Position numbers and translations under genes: made by a program. From Eledone cirrhosa (lineage: Eukaryota): a DNA stretch of 64,000 bases. The stretch is from NCBI GenBank assembly GCA_964016885.1, contig OZ024741.1, positions 342,550,001 through 342,614,000 of the forward strand, read 5' to 3'. The notes beneath the pieces are model-generated. The model was not told where the DNA came from, ran no database searches, and was given only the letters and a program-made list of their open reading frames with translations. Of the stretch, positions 53,424 to 64,000 are shown piece by piece; the stretch's first letter is position 1, and each line of letters starts with the position of its first letter.

Positions 53424-56400
53424 AGTTGCATTTATTTTGCTTTATGTTCATACGAGTTATCGCCAAGTCACAACCAGTGACCTCAAGAGACAACAAGGTC
53501 CGCCATGTTCAAGAAGGAACATATATACACACACATGCATCTTTAGGTGTTTAGACTTGTGATGTACTTATATTGACAGAATCTTCCTTAGTATATGGGC
53601 AGTTCCCATTGGTACTATATTTTGTATTTCTCCTATACGCGGGTTTCCTGGGATTTGCGATAAGTAATCATTAGACCCCTTAAGTATCATTACTAGAGCA
53701 CCTACAACCACTGGTATTGTTTTAGTTCTTAATTTCCACATTTTTCCAATTTCTATCTCCAGGTCCTTATACTTGCTCAATTTTTCAAATGTTTTTATAG
53801 ATACATTCTTGTCATTGGAACGGACATATCAATTAGCAGGCATACCATCTTTTTAAAGTCCTTCAGTATTATATCAGGTCTATTTGCATCTATTTTTCGG
53901 TCTGTTTGGATGCTAAAGTTCCACAAGATTGAGATGTGATCTTTTTCAAGTACGGGAGGTGGTTTCAAGTACAGAATTGTTAGCTCTTTCTGGGTATTTT
54001 CCATACAGAGGCTTTTTTTTGCCATTTCTTAGCCAGTTTCAGTAGCAGTTCTTTCTTTGCAGTTACTTTTACCTGCTTTGCTTTTTCTGTGTTTTTCATT
54101 TCAGCAGTAAATGGAACTTCTGAAATTTGTAGTCCATTACTGTATCTTTGTGCATCTTTTGTAATGGAGTATGATCTTTTGATGCTTTCGTGTTTCAAAA
54201 CGAGTTTGATCATCCAATCATGTGATTCCCTTAGATATGTAGATAATCCAATTGTTGCAGTTTTCAACGCAATATCTAACTGGATTAACCCACGTCCTCC
54301 TTCTTTCCGAGGGAGATATATTCTATCTGTATCTGCCTTAGGGTGATGCATTCTGTGCACGGCTAAGAATTTTCTAATACTGGTATGGCAAGCGTGTTTA
54401 TGGCATCGATCCTATTCCTTGCATTCAATTCCGTTCTTAAGATTGCTCTTACTCTGCGGTAACATTCCTTCCTTATCCTTTCCTAGATCTAGATTCTATA
54501 AGGACAATAATATGTTCAAAAACAACCAAAGAAACTTCTACAGAAAAATTGGCAAGTCAACAATAACTACTAAATCAATACCACCCAAGGAGGAAGCGCA
54601 AGAATTCTGGGAAAAGATCTGGGCCGAAGAAAAAGTTCATAATATACATGCCCCATGGATAGACAGACAAATGAAAGATACAGCTCACCTTGAGGAACAA
54701 ACATGGGAAAATATAACAGTTGAACAGTTGCGTTTGACTCTTAGAGAAACCAGCAAATGGAAATCCCCAGGAAAAGACAAAATACCAAATTTTGGGATAA
54801 ATGCCTTCACAGAGTCTCATGAGCTGTTAGCCCAACTTTACAATGAAATGGTTAAGGAGCCAGAAAAGATACCATCATGGCTAGTTAACCGCATTACATT
54901 CCTACTTCCAAAGAATGATGAGTCAAACAATCCCAAAAATTACAGACCGATAACTTGCTTGACCACAATGTATAAAATGTTAACATCAGTCCTAACTGAA
55001 TATACATATGATCACCTGATAACAAATGATATATTTCCCAATGAGCAGAAAGGGTGTAAACGAGGCTCATATGCCTGTAAAGATCAGCTTTTGTTTAACA
55101 AAATGATACTGGAAGATTGTCGTAATAGACACAAAAATCTATCAATTGATTGGATAGATTACAAAAATGCATTCGATAGCTTGCCACACAGTTGGATTGA
55201 AAAATGTTTAAAGATTTTCAAAATATCTCCCGTTGTCAAGAGGTTCCTGTCATTCAGTATGAAGACATGGAAAACGACACTCCTTTTGAATAGTGAAAAT
55301 AAATCACTGGAAGCTGGAGAAGTTAATATTAATTGTGGAATTTTTCAGGGTGACTCTTTATCACCGCTTTTATTCTGCATCGCACTTATACCATTAAGTA
55401 AAATGCTCAATGAAACAAAACATGGATATAAAGTCTATGACAAAACCATTAATCACTTGTTCTAGATGATTGACCTGAAACTATTTTCAAAAAATGATGA
55501 ACTGTGAAGCAGTTCAGTGATGACATTAAAATGGAGTTTGGACTAGATAAATGCGACTAGAAAACTGCTGAAAAGTTCAGACATTAATCTTGATCGGGAG
55601 AATCTGATAAGAGAACTTGATCAAGAGGAAACTTACAAATATCTAGGTGTTTGTGAAGGAGACGGAATCAAGCACTCGACAAAGCGCCTTATACGTGCAG
55701 CTTAGGCCGACACTTTTTGCTTGATTATTTCTATCAGCATGTCTATGTCACTTGTTGATTTTATACTGTATTTTCTTTTCAATTTTCTAAGTTTAGTTTG
55801 TTTAACATGTTCACCTACTTTGTAGTTTGTTAACATTTCTATGTCAGATCGGAGAAGGTTTATTTGGCGATTGATGTTCTCTTGCCAAGTAGATTTCTTG
55901 TGGGAATTCCTTTGTTTTTTTCATTTTCATTCCACATAAGCGAGTGGTGACTTTAGCCGATGCATAATTGAGATGATTTAGATCAGTAATGTTTAATTTG
56001 TTTGTGATGATAATGTTTTTGAGAATTATGTTAGTCTTGTGTATTATCTTTTGGTTCTGTTTGGAGTTCTGGATCTTAGGGAGAGTGTCTCCTTCCCCCA
56101 TGTCAGATTCTTTAATTTTCATCCATTCGATCATAATTTCATTCTTCAAGTTGACAAGTTCATTCTCATTCATTTCTTTATCATTTACGATCTCATTGTT
56201 TTCATTTTGAGTTTTATCTTGAGCATGCACTCCCTCCACTTTTTCGATCCTTTCTTTAATTTGTTCTGCTGTCAGTGATTCCGCCCCAACCCTGGGATTC
56301 GAAGTGTTACAATTTACCTCGTTTTCACTGACACATGTTTCATTTTCCCTTCGCTGACTTTGTGCTAATTGCTTGATCTGATCAATTTCTATATCAGTTA

Positions 56401-56687
56401 GTAACTTTTTTTTAACAATATTTCTTCGTATATTGGCTAGTTTGTTACTGTCAATATAGCCTCTGTTTTCGGGATGTTTCTTTCTCCAGTTGATACATGT
56501 CTGTTCTGTATTCGATCTATTTGATGGGTAGTACATGGCAGTGTAGAAAGCCTCAAGGACTTCTTTATTGTCATCCCTTGACCATTTTCTCTCTTTTTCT
56601 TTGGATTTCTTGGTGGTGAGCATGGAGGGCCATCAGTAGGAGTATTCCGGTTATGGGAGGTCTCCAGCTCCGAATTGATGGGAAGGT
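53423..56687 (-). mobile_element. R4/Dong-type RLE LINE (second family) with internal inversion 54485-55680
   Basis: N-terminus (55681-56623) and C-terminus (53568-54484; GGRGL, NRPDIILKD..IDMSVP, KYKDLEIE, IPVVVGAL) on the minus strand; RT core (NYRPITCL, IFQGDSLSPLLF) on the plus strand; 3' end in (TAA)n. Confidence 0.9.
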
Positions 56688-56704
56688 TTATTATTATTAT
56701 TATT

Positions 56705-57677
56705 CTTTGAGTCTCAGTCATTGATGTTATTTAACTGGAAAGTTTGTTGAAATGAATATCAAGCCGCTACCTGCAGCCTCAGATATTCAGGACGTATCGG
56801 AGGGTTCTTGTTGTTCCCAGCAAGCATGCTTTTTGAAGTGTTCCAAAAATCGGGGCTGGACTAATCTTCTTTAACCATCCTTGGAAACTCTTTGAGATAG
56901 TACCCAGTGCGCCTATGTCAATCGGGACGACCTTGACTTCATGGCAGTTCCAAATCCTTTTTAACTCCCACTTTAAGTCCTGGTATCGGTTAATTTTCTC
57001 CCTCTCCTTTTCTTGCACTCTCATGTCAAATGGGCAGGCTACATCTACAACCAGGCACGATCTTTTTCCTTGTCCAAAACCACCAGGTCAGGCCTATTGT
57101 GTTCTAAATGTCTTGTCCGTCTGTATCCTAAAATTCCATAACACCTTCACCTGATCGTTTTCTATCACCGACTCTGGCTTATGCTCATACCACTTCTCAG
57201 AATGTGGTAAATTGTTTACTTTGCATAGGTGCCAGTGGATCACCCTGCCCATCACATCATATCTCCAGCCTTTATAGTGAGTCTGGGCTAGGTGTTTACA
57301 CTCGGATACAATGTGAGCCACAGTCTCCTCTCTCTCTCCACAGATCCTACACAGTGGGCTAGCCTCCTCCTTGTGAATATGGTGTTTCATCCACTTCTTT
57401 CTGAGGGCCTGCTCTTGCGCAGCCATTAGCATTGCTTCTGTAGCCTTTTTAAGGTCTCCTCTTTTTAACCAGTTCCATGTCTGTGGATCTCTAAATTCAG
57501 TTTTCTTAACAAAGGTACTATGAAGGGATTTTTCATGAAGGTTGCTCTTCCTCCTTGTTGTTATTTCCTCCTTGGACATCCCCTGGACTATTGTCTTCTT
57601 CAGTTCAATTTTGAGCATTGGCTCCCTACTGTCAGTCACGTATTTGTGCAGGTTGTTTTTCTCCATCTGAACACAGT
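56705..57677 (-). mobile_element. 5'-truncated copy of the 43751-47130 R4/Dong family, 3' end in (TAA)n
   Basis: Close similarity to 43760-44485; identical terminus CTTTGAGTCTCAGTCATT next to (TTA)n. Confidence 0.92.
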
Positions 57678-57689
57678 ATTTGTTATTAT

Positions 57690-57771
57690 TTGTGTTCACA
57701 CTGTCCTTAATATTTTTTTCAAAATAAACCCTTTGTGGTTGATAAAAAAATCATCATCTTTATCATCATCG

Positions 57772-57830
<59 letters not shown>

Positions 57831-57912
57831 TTTATCATCATTATCATTATCATCATCACTATCATCATCCTCATCATCACTATCATCATCCTAATCAACA
57901 CTATCATCATCC

Positions 57913-57954
<42 letters not shown>

Positions 57955-57960
57955 CCATAA
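57690..57960 (+). mobile_element. Tx1-like extreme 3' end followed by (TCA)n
   Basis: ACTGTCCTTAAT..TAAACCCTTTGTGGTTGATAAA matches 53326-53372. Confidence 0.65.
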
Positions 57961-58199
57961 TCATTATTCTTGTTATTATTAGTATTATATTTGTTGGTGT
58001 TATTGCTGTAGCTGTTGCTTCTATCAATAATGATATCACATTTTGTATTTCGACTTTTATATACGCCATTTTATATATGGTGATGGATAGGTAGATTTAA
58101 TAGAAATAAAAGGTTAAGATGTACAACAACAACAACAACAACAACAACAAGACTCAAATGTGCTCAGAATGAAATACAATTAAAACGATTTCTTTGGGG

Positions 58200-58560
58200 T
58201 AAGTTAAAGTTTGCTAGATTATTCTATAGTTTCATTATATGAATTTGATGTTCAGTTGAATGAATCACACCATTGTATTACTGGTACTTGAGACACTGGT
58301 TCCTTTACATGGTCACTGGAATGTCCACAATAGCTGTCGAATTTCTTTTGAATATTTATATACATTCCTCACCTGCACCCTGCCCCCCTGGGACGTTTTG
58401 TGCGGAAACAGTCGCCCAGTTCATGAAAGTTGGTCTGTAAGTTTTTTTGATCATTTCATAGGCTTCTGCAGCGTTTTTGCCGAGCTTGACACTAAACATT
58501 ATTGCATAGCGAGCTTCAAAGTTTGGAATCAGTCATCTTTGACAAGACATGTATGATGGT
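58200..58560 (-). mobile_element. Possible degraded Tc1/mariner transposase 5' remnant
   Basis: Weak resemblance only; no clean ORF. Confidence 0.25.
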
Positions 58561-58763
58561 AGTGTTTAAAGTGCTGTAGCAGCCCAAACCTTCAACGTGG
58601 GAAAAAAAAGATTTGACAGTTTAGTTTATTATAACCATATCAAGGATGTACCAGAGTGACAATTACATAGATCAATAAAAATGCCTGAAAATAAAGTCTC
58701 AAATTTTATTGAGTATATCTCATATAATTCACACATTCCCACCCTCTATCTCACTCTTTCTCT

Positions 58764-58824
<61 letters not shown>

Positions 58825-58827
<3 letters not shown>

Positions 58828-60230
58828 AAGGTATGGTATGGACCCGTAACTCATGAGGTGTCCTAGGGACGCCATATTGACATACAGCGTTCTAGAGCAT
58901 TTTTTAAACCTGGTCTGAACACAACAGATTTCTTACAGAGAAGGATAGAGAGAATGAGAGAAAGGAAGTGAAAAAGAGATATAGAGGAAGAATCGTCCCA
59001 AGTACTTGACTGGTACATTTTTTATTGACCATGAATGGATGAAAGGCAAAGTTGACCTCGGCGGGATTTGACCTCAGAGAGCCGAAATGAATACTACAAC
59101 ATATTCTATCCGACGTTCTAACGACTCTGCCAATTGGCCGCCTTATACACATATATAGAGGGTGTTAAAAAAATTGACATCAATGGCCTGTTCCCAAGGT
59201 TTCCACATTATAATATATGTTGTGAATTAGTGTTATAAAGTTGACAAATTTTGAAGAATAAATCTCATGATGCTCAACATTAAGCCTACTCAATCTCGAT
59301 GTCCTAGACTTTGTAGTTTCTGGGATACTTACATCTCAAATGATATGAAATTCTTTGAAACTTCATGTATATTTATTCTTCCAGCAGGGCGGTGGATTGG
59401 CAGTATCGGTAGAGCGTCCGGGAACATAGTTTTACGGCATATAGACACAGCCATTTACGTTCTGAGTTCAAATCTCGCTGAGGTTAACTTTGCTTTTCCT
59501 CCTTACGAGATCGATAAAATAAAGCACCAGTAACGTACTGAGGTGGATTTAATCGACTTCCGCTCCCTCAAAATTGTTGACCTTCTGCTTAAATCAGAAA
59601 CCATTATTGGGAGAATCGGTAGTCGAACACCATGCTTTGCGGCATAGAGTTACGTCTTTTTACGTTCTGACTACAAATCTTGCTGAGGTTAGTTTTGCCT
59701 TTCATTCTTACGGGGTCGATAAAATAAGTAACAGTAACGCACTGGGGTCGATTTAATCGACTTTCCCCTCCCTAAAAATTGTTGGCCTTGTGTCTATATC
59801 AGAAATCCTTATTTTACTTCTTTCAATCATTGGATTGCGACAATGCAGATGCAACACATTCAAGGCTTTCATCCGTACGTATTTCAGATGGCAGCGAATT
59901 GGCAGTCGTTAGAACGTCAGATAGAATACTTTATACTATCCTTCCGGTTCTCTGCTCTCCGAGTTCCAATCCCGCCGAGGACAACTTTGTCTTTCATCCT
60001 TTCGAGATTGATAAAAAAAAAGTACCAGACTAATACTGGGATCGATTCTTCCTCTATATCTCTTTCTTAGTTCCTCTCTCTCACTTTCTATCTTTCTCTG
60101 GAAGAAATGTGTTGTACTCTGGCCTGGAGAGGGATGGGCTCTGCCAGGCTTAAAACGACGAAGAAACGCAGTATGTTAATACGGCGTCCCTACGACTCTA
60201 TCAGGAGTTACTGGACCATACATACATACG
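58825..60230. mobile_element. SINE cluster: long-tailed variants at 58825-59145 (-) and 59890-60230 (+), short variants at 59385-59800 (+)
   Basis: Shared head and central domain; outer copies share an alternative tail (..GTATGTCAATATGGCGTCCCTA..GAGTTAC..). Confidence 0.7.
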
Positions 60231-60369
60231 TATTTCAGTCTGGTTCTCATTTTAGTGATTTTTATTTTATCAAATAGTTACGTTACGTTACGTTTTGGAC
60301 GTATGCACACACATACTCACACCCACACACGCGCGCGCACACACACACACACGCGTACACACACACACG

Positions 60370-60448
<79 letters not shown>

Positions 60449-60479
60449 ATTCATATATTTACTGAATCCTTTTTGACGC

Positions 60480-61020
60480 AAAACTGTTTCGAAGCTTGCC
60501 GAATGGACTGTACCTGTAATTTCAATAGTCAGCATTTTCACAGTGTCACGCTGAATTCTCCCGAGTATTCCATTAAGGTTACGCGTGTCTATGGAATACT
60601 CAACCAATCATATGCTAATTTTCCGAGTTGACATTTCCATTGATCAAATAACTGAAACACTTATTACTGGTATCTGAAGTCCATCGTTTTTGTCGCTTTA
60701 TAGTTTCTTCCTTTCCTTCTTTCTTCTTGCTGACACAAACCCGGCTTCAGTCCCTAATTTCCAGTCCCTGTTTAATCATTCTTTCACACCGTAGCTTATA
60801 TAATTTTGGACGAAAGTCAATAATTGTTTTCCTCATTCTCATGTTACGACATGCACATTGTACTGTCCCTTGTCTTGCCTCAGACTTAACATTTATATAT
60901 ATTTGATTATGTACTCATTTCTCTGTTCTAGTCGAATGACACTCTTTCTATGTTGTTTATATTGTCTCACACATATCATTCCAGTGGCATGTATTTACGA
61001 ACGGTTGTGTAACTTGGATG
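60480..61020 (-). pseudogene. Possible highly degraded RLE-LINE C-terminal remnant
   Basis: Minus-strand peptides IPVI and ITGTV resemble the end of the 21300-21719 segment. Confidence 0.3.
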
Positions 61021-61248
61021 AAATAATTATATAATCCCACCGTTATGCACGAAATTAAACGGATAGACAACAATGTTTAGTGAGAAAGCACGTTTATGTT
61101 TAGTCAGCCATTCTATCACTCTCTCTCTTTCTCTATCTCCCTCTCCGCCTCTCTCCCAAACAAAACACATACACATTCATATGTAAGTGCCAAGAGTTTC
61201 CGAAGCAATAAATCAAGGAGAAAAACGGGCTTTATGTAATGTACAGAG

Positions 61249-61323
<75 letters not shown>

Positions 61324-61814
61324 CTATATATATATATATATATATTTATTTATTTATTTATATATATATATATTTATTTATATATTTATTTATATATAAT
61401 TATTGCGTAAAATGATTATTGAGTAAAATGACAGGAGGCCGAACTGGTGAAATTCCTTCAAAGATTTATTATAGCAAACAGTATGTACATATCAGTGGCC
61501 AGGTTCCGTAAGATCCTGATGACATCATCAGGTGTTTATTGCATAATGGTTATATAATAAAGGAATAATGGTAAACACAATCCAAGAGGCTATAAAAAAC
61601 AGAGAGACATGATTTTGACTCGAAGGTGATCAAGTTGTTGTCTGTTTGGCTCATTTTACTCAATAATAATTAACTCTGTTCTCGCACCACCAACAAGCTT
61701 CAACATCAAAGATGGATAACTTGCATAACGTCGAGTGCTTTTCTGATATTACATCATGCTTGGCTATACGGAATGACCAGTTCTATCCAGTGGTGAACCA
61801 CCAAACTTAAATGA

Positions 61815-61864
<50 letters not shown>

Positions 61865-62138
61865 ACACACACACACACACGTACATACATTTTTCTATAT
61901 ATGATTATATATATTTATATATTAATAAAAGGAATTCCAACTTTGTCTGATTTACTCGCTTTATTTACAATCCTTTAAAATTTATAATGGTATTAGAATG
62001 AAATAGTATGGTAGATTATTAAATGTTAAGTGTTAATTGAACAAGTACTTTCATGCTTTCGCAATCTTCAGGTTCATATTCTGTGGTGACAGTCAAGTTT
62101 GCAATTTTCAACAAATTGAAAACTTGATTGTCACCACA

Positions 62139-62255
<117 letters not shown>

Positions 62256-62297
62256 CGAAACATAAGTCAATTGCATGAACTCATAATCCTTTATTTA

Positions 62298-62351
62298 CTG
62301 CTATATATATTTCGATGATAGCCATTGAATGGCTATGACCTCATCAGGCAG
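62298..62351 (-). ncRNA. Minimal type-I hammerhead ribozyme in a PLE 3' remnant (about 62252-62860)
   Basis: Minus strand CTGC-CTGATGA-GGTCATAGCCAT TCA ATGGCTATCATC-GAAAT ATAT ATA/GCAG; ~11-bp stem II, 4-bp stem I. Confidence 0.8.
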
Positions 62352-62889
62352 TTAGTCAGTTCTTAGATATGCCAGCTCTGTGTTTATAGTGTTGATGGTA
62401 TCAGAGCCTTGGGACATATGAGCTTGTTAGGAATAATTTAATGTTGTCAGCAGGAATAGTCTTAATTCTCATTGGTCAGTTTGTAGATGCTAGTAGGGTT
62501 GGTATTTGACCTCAAAGAGGCAGGTGGTGTTGTAAAGTTCAAACCGTCAGATGACAATAGTTCCATATGAATGATTTTCACAAAAAGCATTCCTGGTAAG
62601 ATATATATTCAATTAAGGTTAATAGTATGAAATAGATACTATAGGTCATTCTTAAATTGAGGAATTTATGTGGAGTGGTGCTACTGAAAATTATGGTTAG
62701 AGTAGAACATTTACAAATAAAAAGACTTATGTAGGTTGGCTTGCACGTACACTCACACCCACCTCCACAGACACACACACACATCCACACATACAAATTG
62801 AAGAATTAATGTGGGGTGGTAATACTTAAAATAATGGTTAGAGTCAAATACTTAGATATATATATCTATATATCTATATATATATATAA

Positions 62890-62948
<59 letters not shown>

Positions 62949-62985
62949 TCATTCTTTGATATACTCATTGAATATTGTTTAACTC

Positions 62986-63063
<78 letters not shown>

Positions 63064-63215
63064 TATATATATTAGTATATTTAACATGAAGCATTATGAA
63101 TGCAATACATGACTGATAACTTTCAGAAAGCCGGTACAATGCGGTAGATGTATATAAAGGGCAAAAAATGACAAATAAAACAAAACAAAGTAATCTTTTT
63201 ACTCAGTATATTTCA

Positions 63216-63253
63216 ACGTAATATTTCAGGGCTATTACCCATTTTTCAAATGT
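63216..63253 (-). ncRNA. Hammerhead variant with U3/A8 core
   Basis: Minus strand ACAT-TTGAAAA-AT GGGT AATA GCCC T-GAAAT ATT/ACGT; palindromic AATATT stem III. Confidence 0.5.
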
Positions 63254-63488
63254 AAAACGAAAACGGTGCAAAACAAAACGGCCGATCGATGTGTTCTTCC
63301 CTAACTGGTCTAAGTGTCTAACATACGCATGCGTGGAGACTTTATGGCAGCTACCTTGTTTCGTGTTTTGCTAACCTATCGTCATATTTCCGAGCGTTGA
63401 AATAATTAGGTTGGATGCTATATTTCGGTTGATTTCCCCAGAGCCGCGAAAGTTTCTTAATCTTTTAACCAAAACAAATTTTTTACTG

Positions 63489-63536
<48 letters not shown>

Positions 63537-63598
63537 AAATATATATATATATATATATATACATATATATGTGTGTGTGTAAATATATATATATGTAA

Positions 63599-63686
<88 letters not shown>

Positions 63687-63688
63687 AA

Positions 63689-63799
<111 letters not shown>

Positions 63800-64000
63800 G
63801 ATAGATGTACTTTTTCATGACATGAAACGAAAAGATGACCAAAGGCTCAATGTGTTATTACAATCAACAATTATATAAAGCAAACACATCCAAGGTAAAA
63901 TCCATGGTGGAGTTCCAATAATTGCAGTTATGTAACATCATAAATCAGATTGAATAGTGAACAATAAACTAAGAGTTTATGTGTAATTAAGGCATTTTAA

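Noticed and set aside
54419-55465. Independent plus-strand RT gene
   Set aside because: It is the inverted middle of the minus-strand LINE at 53423-56687
61470-61800. CTGATGA motif and possible GIY-YIG tail remnant
   Set aside because: No GAAA partner and peptide similarity too weak

Overview
Eukaryotic, AT-rich, repeat-saturated window with no recognisable host gene. The density of (TA)n/(CA)n/(CATA)n/(TTA)n microsatellites and the SINE types suggest a cephalopod (octopus-like) genome; this is an inference. Nearly all non-microsatellite sequence is transposon-derived. Penelope-like elements (PLEs; RT plus GIY-YIG) occur at 9037-12208, 26935-29160, 38395-41062 and 41128-42765. R4/Dong-type RLE LINEs occur at 17870-21935, 43751-47130, 53423-56687 (with an internal inversion), 56705-57677, and as fragments. 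There is also a near full-length Tx1/L1-clade LINE (48076-53376), an RTE remnant, a hAT end, MITEs and many tRNA-derived SINEs. The most notable signal is non-coding. About 15 type-I hammerhead ribozyme motifs from several families can be read by eye, many inside fold-back inverted repeats bounded by (TA)n. They include a 2.1-kb divergent array of ORF-less 466-bp units, each complete unit carrying an intact minimal hammerhead (a candidate retrozyme/circular-RNA system), and two families with a compensatory U3-A8 catalytic core. Each retroelement class sits in its own microsatellite type. All calls were made by eye with no database search, and boundaries are approximate.
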